This document shows, in pieces, positions 48,899-59,408 of a stretch of DNA of 64,000 bases. The notes beneath the pieces were generated by a model that saw only the letters and a program-made list of their open reading frames with translations, did not search any database and was not told the origin of the DNA. How positions within the stretch are numbered: the first letter of the stretch is position 1; every line of letters begins with the position of its first letter. The position numbers and the translations under genes are program-made. The stretch lies in NCBI GenBank assembly GCA_017619935.1, contig JAFZRJ010000020.1, forward strand, positions 2,633 through 66,632, in the 5' to 3' direction. Origin of the DNA: Muribaculaceae bacterium. GTDB lineage: Bacteria > Bacteroidota > Bacteroidia > Bacteroidales > Muribaculaceae.

Positions 48899-49320
48899 TT
48901 CTTAAAAAAGTCGAAGAAGAAATAGCAGGCAATCCAATCGACGCGGATGCCCCGGGCATAACCCAGCACATGATGCTCGGCATCGGTGACCTTGCCGTCG
49001 CTCAGGTTGATGTTGCCCAGCACTTCGCTGTTGCCGTTACGCACCGTTCCGTTGGTGTTGATATAACCGATGCGGTTACCCTCGTTGTCGAAGATTTCCA
49101 GGCGGTTGATGCGCCCCAGCACATTTCCGGCTTTGTCTTTGATGGTGCCGTCGGCGTCGAAGAATCCCATCGACATCGAGTCGGTCCCGCGCACCGTGCC
49201 ATTGGGCGCAATGCGTCCGAAGGCTTCATAATTGGCGTCGCGCAGCACTTGTGCCTGTGCGCCAAGGGCGAAGGCTAGAGCCAGGCCCATCACGGCGAGG
49301 AGTATATTCAAGCGTTTCAT
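48895..49320 (-). CDS. Exported protein with short G-x-I-x-x-D/N-G-T-V/I repeats (beta-flower-like)
   Basis: Signal peptide and repeats GRIAPNGTVR, GFFDADGTIK, GYINTNGTVR. Confidence 0.65.
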   Translation of the reverse strand: MKRLNILLAVMGLALAFALGAQAQVLRDANYEAFGRIAPNGTVRGTDSMSMGFFDADGTIKDKAGNVLGRINRLEIFDNEGNRIGYINTNGTVRNGNSEVLGNINLSDGKVTDAEHHVLGYARGIRVDWIACYFFFDFFKK

Positions 49321-49366
49321 TGTTCTCTAATTTTTTGTTGTTTAGACTGCGTGGGTCTTCAAAGGT

Positions 49367-50128
49367 TTATTCAACCCCGTAGAGCATGTTCAGCACCTTG
49401 TCGTACTGGGTCTGGCTGTTGAACCCTTGGCGCTCGAGCAGCAGCACCTCTTCAATCACCTTGTCAAGGTAGGGAATCGATGGGTTCTTGACGTTTTTGA
49501 CCCCTTTTTCGTAAATCTTATAATAACTCAGCTTTTTGAGCCCCTTGTGGAAGTTCTTGTAAACCTCGCTGTCAAGGCCCTGTGTGGCCCATCTCAGCTT
49601 GACAAATGTACCGCGCTGCTTGTCCAAGAAGTCGCGCAAGTCCTTGGTGTGGCGGCCATAGTCCTTGACCAGTTCCATCTTGTTGAGCACTTCCTTGGTT
49701 TCCATGCCTTCGGCCTCGCGCAAGGCAGCTTCCACCGCCAGTTTGTTGTAGGGTTTCATGAGCACATCCAGCACTTCTTGGTCAAAGACCAGGTTGTCGC
49801 GGCTGGCAAAGGTTTCCTGACGCGCTTTGTTGGCGGCTTTGATGTCGTTTTGATATCCCTTTTTCACTTTTTCCAAGGCGGAGATTTGGCTCTTGACGTC
49901 CTTGACCACTTTGTTCAGGCTGTCGAGGCGCTGCTTGAGGAGGTCGATGTTTTGTTCCACAACGGCGATGCTGTCTTGACGGTCAATCACCACTTCCTCG
50001 TGATATTTGATATCGTCTTCCAGTTGCAAGACGGTATTGTTAGTCGTGTTGTCATCGTCATCGGCCATGACCGTAAAATTAGCCAAAGCGAGCAGCGCGA
50101 AAGCTGCGAGAGTCATCAGTTTTTTCAT
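49367..50128 (-). CDS. Exported coiled-coil hypothetical protein
   Basis: MKKLMTLAAFALLALANFTVMA signal peptide; heptad-rich N-terminal half. Confidence 0.7.
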   Translation of the reverse strand: MKKLMTLAAFALLALANFTVMADDDDNTTNNTVLQLEDDIKYHEEVVIDRQDSIAVVEQNIDLLKQRLDSLNKVVKDVKSQISALEKVKKGYQNDIKAANKARQETFASRDNLVFDQEVLDVLMKPYNKLAVEAALREAEGMETKEVLNKMELVKDYGRHTKDLRDFLDKQRGTFVKLRWATQGLDSEVYKNFHKGLKKLSYYKIYEKGVKNVKNPSIPYLDKVIEEVLLLERQGFNSQTQYDKVLNMLYGVE

Positions 50129-50530
50129 TTTAAGAATATCTAATGGATTTATAGGCGCAAAGTTAAGAAAAAAAATCCAAGGGTCGTGTTGTTGAGTCAC
50201 AAAATTCATCATCATTAGGCCAAAATTACGTAAAAATGTGCCAAAAGTCATAATTGAAAGGATTGAAAACCAAGATTGACAAAATTTAAAAGAGTGGAAT
50301 TTGTTTATTTGGTCAAAACCTCTTTATTTTGCACACCAGTTGAAAAGGCGTTGTGAAACGCTGGGACAACAACAATTCAGCGCAGATAGGTGACTATGAT
50401 ATAGATAGTATATCTAAAAGCCTGAAGAGTAAATATAGTTTTCAAGTATTAGTAATTATTAGATTAAGGTCTTGGCATTGGATATGTCGAGACCTTTGTT
50501 TTTATTGTCTGGCATGGTGGGGTAACGTCG

Positions 50531-52294
50531 TCAGAACGAGACGCACAGCGCTCCACCCAGCACCCACTGGTGCAGCGACTTGCGAACCGACGACGAGGCG
50601 GGTTGTAAAATGTCGGTATCGGCTAACTGCAGCAATAGGGCCATATCTGGCGACAGTGCTTCGATCAGTCCCATCGGGTGATAGGTGGCCGTGAATGTCT
50701 TGCGCGAGTAATCGTAGTCGCAGAACAAGCGCCACGAGAAGGCGTTTTTGTGGCCGTAGGTCAGCGAGAGGCCTGTGCCGAATTTCATGGAGTTGGTGGC
50801 CCCCACGTTGATGTAGTCCCAACTGTGGTCCACCACTTTGTCCGATGGCATGAAATTGAGGTTCCCCGAGGCGTCTTCGGCGAGTTCCAGCTGTTGGCCG
50901 GTGTATCGTGCATTGATGTCGATGTCGTCCATCACGCTGCGTCCCAGCAGCAGTTTTGTGCCTATGGCGAAGCGTGACGACAGCGGCAGACTGAAGTACA
51001 CACCGGCGTCGAAAGCAAACTCGGTGATGTGGTCACTCTCAATGGTGAGGGCGACGTTCTGGAGCGAGTTCGCCAGGTCGGGGTCATCAAGCACTGTTTT
51101 CATCTCCTTCTCTTCGCTGATGGCAAACTGGCTCCAGCCATTGATGGGCGTGGCCTTGACGCGCAGTCGTGCGCCCACACCCACGTAGGGGTTGAAGAAA
51201 TAGGCGCCTTCGGCTCCCACCGCCGTGGCGGCACGGAACTTAAGGTGAAGTGGTTCACTGGACTCGTCGGAATTGTCGCTTTCGATAAATTCTTCCAAAT
51301 TCTCGAAATTGAATGGTGGAAGCACGAGGTTGCGGTTGCCCAGTCCCACACCCATGGAGATGGAGAAGAACGACGGGTTCTTTCGCAAATCGGGGTAGTA
51401 CTCTATGTCGTTTCGCAGCAAGCCCTTGCCCTTGAACAGCAAGTCCATCAGGCCATATCCCAGTTCGGTGGAGAGGATGCCGATACCCGCCCCCGACAGC
51501 ACGTCGCTGATCCAGTGGCGGTTGTTGAGCACGCGCATCACACCGGTGGCGGTGGCGAGTGAGTAGGCGCCCACCGAGAACCAGGGCGAGCGTGTCAGTC
51601 CGTATTCCTTGTGCAGGATGGTGGCGGCCATGAATGCCGTGGCGGTGTGCCCGCTGGGCCAGGAGTTGCGCGTCGACCCGTCGGGGCGCATTTCGCTGGC
51701 CGTGTATTTGATGCCATTGACAAATCCCGCCATGATGGCTGCCGACATGGCCGACGAGGCCCAGAACCGGGGCCAGTCGGAACGGCTCTCGTAACTGCCC
51801 ATTTTCAGCCCGATGGTCAGCGCCAACGGCACATACTGGGTGTAGTTGTCTATCTCGTTGTGGAAATTATACTTGATGAGCCTGATTTTGGTGTTGGGGT
51901 TTTTATAGTTTTGACGGAAGGCCTCCTTTTCGCCTTTGGCAATCCAGCCGGCGGCAAACACGGGCAGTCCCACCCACGTCTGGTCTTGCCAGAAGGTGTA
52001 GGGCTTCGTGTTGGGGTTGGTGCGGCTCTTGAAGAAATTGATGTCGAAGCCGTGGGGCGGCTCGTACAGGGGGATGTTCGACGGGGTGTCGCTGGTCGAA
52101 ACGCGAGTGCTGTCGGCACTTGTCGGGTCGTCGGATGTTTCGGCGTTGGACAAGTCTTCAACGGCGGCAATGGGGGCATCTGTCGCTTCGATGCTTTGGG
52201 CCATGGCGAGCGAATCGGTCGTTTCATCGGCTTGTGCCGCAAGCGATGCCATCAGTGCAGCCACTGTCACGAGCAGGGATAAACCAATTTTCAT
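50531..52294 (-). CDS. PAP2 phosphatase fused to a putative outer-membrane beta-barrel
   Basis: KYTASEMRPD, SWPSGHT and RVLNNRHWISDV; amphipathic beta-strands ending in terminal F. Confidence 0.8.
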   Translation of the reverse strand: MKIGLSLLVTVAALMASLAAQADETTDSLAMAQSIEATDAPIAAVEDLSNAETSDDPTSADSTRVSTSDTPSNIPLYEPPHGFDINFFKSRTNPNTKPYTFWQDQTWVGLPVFAAGWIAKGEKEAFRQNYKNPNTKIRLIKYNFHNEIDNYTQYVPLALTIGLKMGSYESRSDWPRFWASSAMSAAIMAGFVNGIKYTASEMRPDGSTRNSWPSGHTATAFMAATILHKEYGLTRSPWFSVGAYSLATATGVMRVLNNRHWISDVLSGAGIGILSTELGYGLMDLLFKGKGLLRNDIEYYPDLRKNPSFFSISMGVGLGNRNLVLPPFNFENLEEFIESDNSDESSEPLHLKFRAATAVGAEGAYFFNPYVGVGARLRVKATPINGWSQFAISEEKEMKTVLDDPDLANSLQNVALTIESDHITEFAFDAGVYFSLPLSSRFAIGTKLLLGRSVMDDIDINARYTGQQLELAEDASGNLNFMPSDKVVDHSWDYINVGATNSMKFGTGLSLTYGHKNAFSWRLFCDYDYSRKTFTATYHPMGLIEALSPDMALLLQLADTDILQPASSSVRKSLHQWVLGGALCVSF

Positions 52295-52493
52295 AGTTCA
52301 ATATTTTTTTTCTAATGACGTGCAAAGTTAGTAATAATATATGAGAGCGACATCTGTTAGGCCTGATTTTTATGAGCCCCGGTTATTCAGCAACCACAAA
52401 AAGGTGGCGCGACCCTCGCCCGAGAGCCGCGCCAACATTTGCTAATTTTTCTTGAATCTCTTGCCTATATAGAACTCCTAGACCATCCAGTGC

Positions 52494-54890
52494 CTATTGG
52501 GTGAGGATGATGTTGATGATGGCGTTCACGTCTTCGATGTCCACCTTGTTGTCGCCAGTGAGGTCGGCATTGCCGGGATAGTCGGTGCGCTGCTTCATAT
52601 CGAGGATGATGTTGATGGTGGCGTTCACGTCCTCGATGTCCACCTTGCTGTCACCGGTCACGTCGCCACGTATTGCGCTGGGGTTGAGTTCCTCCCATCC
52701 ACCGTTATAGTACTTGTATAGATGCCAGTTCTTGCCTTGCGCAAGGCGGATTTGCTCGTCGGTGATAGCGTTGCCCTCGTTAGTGTTGTCCTGGTTGAAC
52801 ACCTGGAATTTAGCCGTGACACCCGACGGGACTCTGTACATGCTATTGATGAGCGAGGTCAGCGCCTCACCCTTGATTTGGTTGGTAGTGATGTTAAACT
52901 GGGTGCTTAATGCGGTGCACCCTTGAACCGAAAGCGAGGTCAGTTTGTTGTTTGCGCAAGTGAAATTCTTTAACTTCGTGAGGCCTTGCACATTGAGCGA
53001 GACCAACTCATTGCTTGGGCACTTCAGCTCTTCCAGATTGCTGTTGGCCGACACGTCGAGCGAGGTCAGCTGGTTGGAGGAGCAGTCAAGGCTGGTCAGC
53101 GCCGTACAACCCGAGATGCCGAGGCTTATCAAGGCGTTGCTGCTGCAATGGAGCGTAGTCATGCTGGTGTTGTTTCTCACATTGAGCGACTTGAGCGCGC
53201 TGCGGCCGGTAATGGTTAACGATGTGAACTTGTTACTCGAACAGTCGATGGTCTGCAGCTGCGATGCGGGCAGTGCCAGCGAGGTCAACTGGTTACTGTG
53301 GCAATCGAGTGTGGTCAGGGCCGAGCAACTATTCATGTTGAGCGAGGTCAGCGCATTGCTGTAGCAGTAGAGTTGGGTCAGACTGGCGTTGTTGCTCACA
53401 TTGAGCGACTTGAGTGCGCTGCGGCCGGTGAGGCTCAACATGCCGCTGAGCTTGTTGCTCGAGCAGTCAATGGTCTGCAGCGATGTGGGCAGTGTGCCGA
53501 GCGAGGTCAACTGGTTGGACTTGCAATCGAGCGTAGTCAGAGCCGAGCAGCCAGTGACGTTGAGCGTGGTCAGGGCATTGCCGCTGCAAGTGAGCGAGGT
53601 GAGCAAATTGCTGCTGTTCACGTCGAGTAGCTGCAGATTGCTACGGCCGGTGATGCTCAGTGTGGTGAACTTGTTGGCGCCTATGGCCAGCGACTTCACC
53701 GAGGTGGGCAGCGACGGCAGCGAGGTGAGCTGGTTGCCGTAACAGTTGAGTGTGGTCAAGGCTGTGCAGCCGCTCACGTCAAGCGAGGTCAGAGCGTTAC
53801 TGGTGCAGTAGAGCGTGGTCAGGCCGGTGTTGTTGCTCACATTGAGCGACTTGAGTGCGCTGCGGTTATTCAGGACCAGTGTGCCGCTGAACTTATTGCT
53901 TGAGCAGTTGATGGTCTGCAGCGTACTGGGCAGGTCGCGCAGCGTGGTGAGGTTGTTGTTATGGCAATACAGCTCGATGAGCTTATTGAAGTACTCCACA
54001 CCCGTGAGACTGGAGATGCTGTTGCCGTTGCAGTAGAGTGCGGTGCGGCTGTCCACATCGCTTTGGGTGATGTAGCCCTTGGAGTAGGAATTGAGCATCC
54101 ATTGGCGGAAGTTGGCATCGGGGAAGTTGGTGGAGTTGATCATCGCCACATAGTTGTCGCTGATGTAGATGTCCTTGTCCTTAATGACGGAGCCCGAAGA
54201 ATTATAAATGGTGTTGTTGCTGTAATAGGCTCCGTAGGGCGAAAGGATGGCCTCTTTGCCAGAGAATGACATCGACACGTCGCTCACGTTGGGATCCGAC
54301 CCGTTGCTTCTGATTGTCAGGTCGCCACCTTGAAAATAGGCTGAAAACGAACTCAAAGCAGACCTGCTGGGGCTAATGGCCCACACTTTCGGTCCCCGGA
54401 AATACACTTTGGTGGAACTTATACCGTTACCCTTGATGGCTTCGTAGGCATCTTTATAAGTTTGAATTACTAGTTCACCATCGCCCTCGAAATAGTAATT
54501 GTAGCTTTTCAGATTGACAGCAATTCTGGCAGCTGAAATTAAATCTACAGATCCTGAGGTCACCTTGATTGTTGTGCTTCGCATAAGCTTCAGCGCATTG
54601 TCTGAAGCTGCAATTGTACCGCCCCCACTGAAAACTATCGTCAGGTTGTCACATCCCCTGTTGTGGATGCCATAGTTGTCTTGGCCACTTCGTCTAATGG
54701 AAATGTTGTAGAGGGTCAAGGTGTTGGTGCTTTCGTTGTACACGCCATAGCCGCTCGTGATGTCGCCGCCGGTGATATGGCTGGCGTTGCTGCTGGTGAC
54801 TTCCACACCTCCGACGTTGATTTCGGGGTCGGCCTGGGAACTGAGTGCCGCCATGGCAACCATCAGCATGAGTAGTAATGATTTTTTCAT
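52494..54890 (-). CDS. Leucine-rich repeat surface protein with C-terminal dockerin
   Basis: Signal peptide, FPDANFR cap, many LxxLxCxxNxLTSL repeats, and duplicated GDVTGDSKVDIEDVN / ADLTGDNKVDIEDVN. Confidence 0.9.
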   Translation of the reverse strand: MKKSLLLMLMVAMAALSSQADPEINVGGVEVTSSNASHITGGDITSGYGVYNESTNTLTLYNISIRRSGQDNYGIHNRGCDNLTIVFSGGGTIAASDNALKLMRSTTIKVTSGSVDLISAARIAVNLKSYNYYFEGDGELVIQTYKDAYEAIKGNGISSTKVYFRGPKVWAISPSRSALSSFSAYFQGGDLTIRSNGSDPNVSDVSMSFSGKEAILSPYGAYYSNNTIYNSSGSVIKDKDIYISDNYVAMINSTNFPDANFRQWMLNSYSKGYITQSDVDSRTALYCNGNSISSLTGVEYFNKLIELYCHNNNLTTLRDLPSTLQTINCSSNKFSGTLVLNNRSALKSLNVSNNTGLTTLYCTSNALTSLDVSGCTALTTLNCYGNQLTSLPSLPTSVKSLAIGANKFTTLSITGRSNLQLLDVNSSNLLTSLTCSGNALTTLNVTGCSALTTLDCKSNQLTSLGTLPTSLQTIDCSSNKLSGMLSLTGRSALKSLNVSNNASLTQLYCYSNALTSLNMNSCSALTTLDCHSNQLTSLALPASQLQTIDCSSNKFTSLTITGRSALKSLNVRNNTSMTTLHCSSNALISLGISGCTALTSLDCSSNQLTSLDVSANSNLEELKCPSNELVSLNVQGLTKLKNFTCANNKLTSLSVQGCTALSTQFNITTNQIKGEALTSLINSMYRVPSGVTAKFQVFNQDNTNEGNAITDEQIRLAQGKNWHLYKYYNGGWEELNPSAIRGDVTGDSKVDIEDVNATINIILDMKQRTDYPGNADLTGDNKVDIEDVNAIINIILTQ

Positions 54891-55122
54891 AGTGATTCTA
54901 TTTTAATTTATATTATAATTCAGGTTGATAATGATTCGATGGGGATACCTTAAAACACCGGAAAGGCGTCGAAACGGCAAACAATTCCCCATCTTGCTGC
55001 AAAGGTAAACAAAATTTTACAATTTACCTCATAATTTTCGCAAAAATTTTCAATTGAAAGTTCGATTTTTAATAGGGAGGTGTCTGTCTGCGACTAACAG
55101 AAGGAGAATTGTTTTGGCGTGT

Positions 55123-55317
55123 TGCGTCGAAGACGCAGAATGCTTCGGAGAAGCTAATTGTCGGAAAGACCATGCAAGAGGGTCGAAGACTCTCGCAGCT
55201 TGGTCCTTGCGCTATCTAATGAAAATGTGCCTCGGAGAGGAACTTCAACCAGTACACGCAGCGCCAAAGACAACGTGGAAGTTCGTCTTCGACGCACCGC
55301 CCAGCATCTTCGATGCT
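55123..55317 (+). repeat. GNA-triloop hairpin doublet element, copy 3 (84-bp internal deletion)
   Basis: Matches copy 2 except for loss of the segment between the CCGCCC microhomologies (47174 and 47258 in copy 2). Confidence 0.9.
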
Positions 55318-55323
55318 TCGCCT

Positions 55324-55487
55324 CCAAATTAGGTTTCGGCTCGGAAAAATTCAAACAAGTTTGGTTTTTCGCTCGCCTTGCACTAATTTTGAGGTTTAAA
55401 CCTCGAAATTAGGCTGCGTCTCGGCAATAAAAGAGAAAAACTTCGTCTTTCTCTTTGTATTGCACTCAACTTAAACTAATTTTGCAC
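55324..55487 (+). repeat. Promoter-bearing palindromic repeat (family 2), second locus
   Basis: Its reverse complement aligns with 46778-46930. TAATTTTG at 55477 points at the L,D-transpeptidase gene. Confidence 0.75.
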
Positions 55488-55511
55488 TGGAAATAAAAAC
55501 GAAAAGAGAAT

Positions 55512-56159
55512 ATGATGAAAAAAATCTTTGTTATGTTGCTGGTGTGCTTGTTGCCACTGGCAGTGTGCGCCACCTCGGCCAATCAGAAAAAGAACTCGAA
55601 AAAGAAAGCCAAGACCACCGCCGTGGCCAAGAAACAGCAGGCTACCTCATCGGCCACATCTTCGGCAAAGGGCACTTTTATCGTGATATCGAAGAAGGAC
55701 CTTAACTTGCGTGTCTATGGCAAGCAAGGCAACGATACGGTGTTGCTGGCGGAATATCCCGCCTGCTTGAGCAAGAACAAGGGCGACAAGCAGCGCCGTG
55801 GCGACATGAAAACGCCTGAATCACCTGCCGGCAAACCATTCCAAATTACCGCCATACAGGACGCAAGCACATGGAAACACGACTTTAAGGACGGCCGCGG
55901 CAGCATCAAGGCCTACGGACATTGGTTCCTGCGCCTGCTCACACCAGGCCACAGCGGCATTGGCATCCATGGCAGCACCAACAATGAGAGTTCGGTGCCT
56001 GGTCGTGCCAGCGAAGGCTGCATCCGTCTGCGTGACGCCGACATCATCACCCTCAAGCAAAAATATGCCTATGTGGGCATGCCGGTCTATATCAAGGCCG
56101 AGGACCAAGGCCTTTATCCCTGGGAGAAAAGGGTGAAAAACAACATTACAAATCATTGA
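55512..56159 (+). CDS. L,D-transpeptidase (YkuD) family protein
   Basis: GDMKTPE, YGHWFLRL and IGIHG...RASEGCIRL. Confidence 0.9.
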   Translation: MMKKIFVMLLVCLLPLAVCATSANQKKNSKKKAKTTAVAKKQQATSSATSSAKGTFIVISKKDLNLRVYGKQGNDTVLLAEYPACLSKNKGDKQRRGDMKTPESPAGKPFQITAIQDASTWKHDFKDGRGSIKAYGHWFLRLLTPGHSGIGIHGSTNNESSVPGRASEGCIRLRDADIITLKQKYAYVGMPVYIKAEDQGLYPWEKRVKNNITNH

Positions 56160-56184
56160 TAACTGATAGATTCATCACTGAATA

Positions 56185-58668
56185 ATGGACAAAAAGATTT
56201 TAGGTCTTGTCACATTGCGCAGCGTGCTTCATTTCGCTGCTGCAATCGTGGCTTTTGCAGCGATTTCTTGGGCTTTTTTCTACCCCAATGATGTGAATGG
56301 CGACGTGCTTCATCAGCACGATGTGTTGCAAGGAACAGCCAACGGCCAGGAGGGGTCGGTATATGAGAAGCAGTCGGGCGAAATTACCCGCTGGACCGAT
56401 GCCCTGTTTGGCGGTATGCCCACGTTCCAGATACGTCCCACTTACAGCAACTCGCCTTACCTGTCGTGGGTGGGCAAGATTTATTCGCTGGGATTCCCCT
56501 CGCCAGTGAGTTGGGTGTTCATCCTCATGCTGGGCTTCTTCTTGCTGTTGCTGGCATTCAAAGTGCGCTGGTACCTCGCGGTGCTGGGCGCTATCGGGTA
56601 TGCCTTCTCGTCCTATTTCATCATTTTGATCGGGGCGGGCCACATCTGGAAATTGCTCACGTTGGCCTATGTGCCGCCGACGATTGCCGGCATCGTGTGG
56701 TGCTATCGCGGCAAGTATCTGGGCGGCGCGGCACTGGCTGCTCTGTTCGCCTCGCTCCAATTACTGTCGAACCATGTGCAGATGACCTATTACTTTGTGT
56801 TTGTCATTGTGGCTTTGGTCATTTCCTATTTGGTAGTGGCCATCAAGGAGAAGAAAATGGGCAGTTGGCTCATCGCCACCGGCGCCCTGATGGTGGCCGC
56901 CGTGCTGGCTCTGGCCGCCAACGCCCCCAACCTCTACCTGACCTACAAGTATTCGAAGGAAACCATTCGTGGCGGCCACAGCGAACTCACACCCCTTCCC
57001 GGCGATGACCAGCAGTTGAAAGCCACCGACGGCGGCCTCGACAAGGACTATATCACGCAGTGGAGTTACGGCAAGGATGAGACGTTCACCTTGATGATTC
57101 CTAATGTGAAAGGTGGCGCCACCATTCGTCCCGAGCGCGGAGAGAACCACTTCTTGTCACTGGCCGAGACCAGCAAGGCCCAGCGAATGACGGAACAGGG
57201 TGCCCTCGATGCTCAGGACTACCAGGTGCTCCAGCAATTCCCGCAGTACTTTGGCGACCAACCCATGACCAATGGCCCCGTGTATGTGGGTATCATCATT
57301 TTCGCACTGTTCCTGCTGGGCTGTGCGGTGGTGAAAGGCCCCGTGAAGTGGGGCTTGGTGGTGGTGACCATTTTGTCGATATTTCTGTCGTGGGGTCACA
57401 ACATGATGTGGCTCACCGACCTGTTTATCGACTATTTCCCCATGTATAACAAATTCCGCACCCCCGCGAGCATCCTGGTTATCGCCGAGTTCACGATGCC
57501 CCTGCTGGCCGTGCTGGCACTACAGCAGTTGCTCGACGACCCCAAGGCTTTCGTGCGCGACAACAAGTGGGCCATGGTGGGCGCCGGCGGTTTCTGCGCG
57601 TTGGTGTGCTTGCTGACTTGGGTGGCTCCGGGCATCTTCGGGGCTTATTCGGCCCAGGAGACCGAACAGGTGATGGGGCAGTTGCAGCAATATCCCACAG
57701 TGGATGCCGCTATCCGCACCGTGCGTGGCGCGCTGGTCAGTGCCGATGCCGTGCGCTCGCTGGTGTTCCTGTTGCTGGGGGCTGGCGCCCTGCTGCTGTT
57801 CATCAAGGGCAAGCTCAACAAGGTGGTGACGGCATCGGTGGTAACGGTGCTGGTGCTGGTTGACCTGTTTGTGGTCAACAAGCGCTATGTGAACGAAGAC
57901 ACCTTCGTGCCTAAGATGGAAGACCAAGCATTCACCCCTCGCCCTGTCGATGAACAAATCATGCAGGACAAGAGCCATTACCGCGTGCTGGATGTGCAGC
58001 ACTTTACCGAGGCAATGCCCAGTTACTACCACAAGACGGTGGGCGGTTATCATGCCGCCAAGCTCACCCGCTACAACGACCTGATTGAGCGCCAAATCGT
58101 GAAAAACAATGTGCAGGTGCTGAATATGCTCAACACCAAGTATATCATCGTCAACGACACGCAGGCGCAGCAGAATCCCGACGCGCTGGGCAATGCCTGG
58201 TGGATCGATTCGATAGCTTACGTCGAGAATGCCGACGCCGAAATGGCGTTCCTCGACAGCATCGATGCCCGTCATGTGGCCGTCGCCGACAAGCAGTTCG
58301 CCCAGACGCTGGGACAAGCCAAGCCCTCGCAGCCAGGCGACACCATCCAACTCGCAGAGTACAAGCCCAACAAGTTGACTTTCAAGTCACACAGCGCACA
58401 AGGCGGCCTCGCCGTGTTCAGTGAGGTTTACTTCCCGTGGGGCTGGACGGCGACTATCGACGGCAAGGAAGCGCCGCTGGGCCGCGCCAACTATGTGCTG
58501 CGTGCCTTGCAGGTGCCGGCAGGCGACCATACTATCGTGATGACGTTTGACCCGAAAGAGGTCCATCTGACCGAAACGGCGGCCACCGCATCTACTATAC
58601 TCATCTTCTTGGGTCTGCTGCTGGCGCTGAATGTGGCTGTGTTCCGCGCGATGAGGAAAAAAGAATGA
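56185..58668 (+). CDS. YfhO family membrane protein (GT-C glycosyltransferase-like)
   Basis: WTDALFGGMP, NHVQMTYY, YNKFR, GGYHAAKL, LNMLNTKY and FSEVYFPWGW. Confidence 0.88.
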   Translation: MDKKILGLVTLRSVLHFAAAIVAFAAISWAFFYPNDVNGDVLHQHDVLQGTANGQEGSVYEKQSGEITRWTDALFGGMPTFQIRPTYSNSPYLSWVGKIYSLGFPSPVSWVFILMLGFFLLLLAFKVRWYLAVLGAIGYAFSSYFIILIGAGHIWKLLTLAYVPPTIAGIVWCYRGKYLGGAALAALFASLQLLSNHVQMTYYFVFVIVALVISYLVVAIKEKKMGSWLIATGALMVAAVLALAANAPNLYLTYKYSKETIRGGHSELTPLPGDDQQLKATDGGLDKDYITQWSYGKDETFTLMIPNVKGGATIRPERGENHFLSLAETSKAQRMTEQGALDAQDYQVLQQFPQYFGDQPMTNGPVYVGIIIFALFLLGCAVVKGPVKWGLVVVTILSIFLSWGHNMMWLTDLFIDYFPMYNKFRTPASILVIAEFTMPLLAVLALQQLLDDPKAFVRDNKWAMVGAGGFCALVCLLTWVAPGIFGAYSAQETEQVMGQLQQYPTVDAAIRTVRGALVSADAVRSLVFLLLGAGALLLFIKGKLNKVVTASVVTVLVLVDLFVVNKRYVNEDTFVPKMEDQAFTPRPVDEQIMQDKSHYRVLDVQHFTEAMPSYYHKTVGGYHAAKLTRYNDLIERQIVKNNVQVLNMLNTKYIIVNDTQAQQNPDALGNAWWIDSIAYVENADAEMAFLDSIDARHVAVADKQFAQTLGQAKPSQPGDTIQLAEYKPNKLTFKSHSAQGGLAVFSEVYFPWGWTATIDGKEAPLGRANYVLRALQVPAGDHTIVMTFDPKEVHLTETAATASTILIFLGLLLALNVAVFRAMRKKE

Positions 58669-58702
58669 CGCGCATGGGGTAGTACGTAGATATCGCACCG
58701 CC

Positions 58703-59389
58703 TTGAGCCGGCATCACCGCAGTGCTGGCTTTGGCATTCACTCGCCGCATGCATATCGCTTTGTGACCAATGTGCTGCGAGGCCGACTGCCTTACTATGC
58801 TTACGACGATATCGCCACTTTGCGGCAGGCTGTCATCAAAGCCTCGAGCAGCAAATGGCCGCATCCACGCATCATCTCGTACAAGAATGCGAAACTCTTG
58901 TTTCGGATTGTCAATAATTTCAATCCGCGGCTCATCATGCAGGTGGGCACTTGCTATGGCGTGTCGAGCGCGAGCATGCTGGCGGTGTCCAGTCGCAGCC
59001 ACATCGTCTTGTATGAGCCGGAACTCGACAAGTATCCTGCCACTCGCGAAGTGATGGAGATGCTGGGCGAACGCGTGGAATGCCACGACGCGCTTGAATC
59101 CACGATGGACTCCTACACGCATCAGTTGGGAAGCGACAAACCATTCCTGTTGATTAATCAAGTCAACACGAAAGCCGAGGCCGACGCCTTGTCGCAATAC
59201 GTGAAATCACTGCTCGGCGGCGAGTGCGTGATTGTGATGCGAAATTTGGCGCGGAGCAAGCGGATGAAGGGATTGTGGCAGGAGTGGCACGGATGGGCGC
59301 AACACGGGCAGACGTTCACCAATGAGAAGATTGCTGTCATCGTGGCGTCGCCCAAACTGCAACGTGAAGATTTTTTCCTTTGGTTCTAA
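58703..59389 (+). CDS. Conserved Bacteroidales SAM-methyltransferase-like protein (start uncertain)
   Basis: GFGIHSPHAYRFV, LLFRIVN and QVGTCYGVS. In-frame coding extends upstream of the TTG. Confidence 0.7.
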   Translation: MSRHHRSAGFGIHSPHAYRFVTNVLRGRLPYYAYDDIATLRQAVIKASSSKWPHPRIISYKNAKLLFRIVNNFNPRLIMQVGTCYGVSSASMLAVSSRSHIVLYEPELDKYPATREVMEMLGERVECHDALESTMDSYTHQLGSDKPFLLINQVNTKAEADALSQYVKSLLGGECVIVMRNLARSKRMKGLWQEWHGWAQHGQTFTNEKIAVIVASPKLQREDFFLWF

Positions 59390-59408
59390 TTTTACGAAAC
59401 AAATAGTT

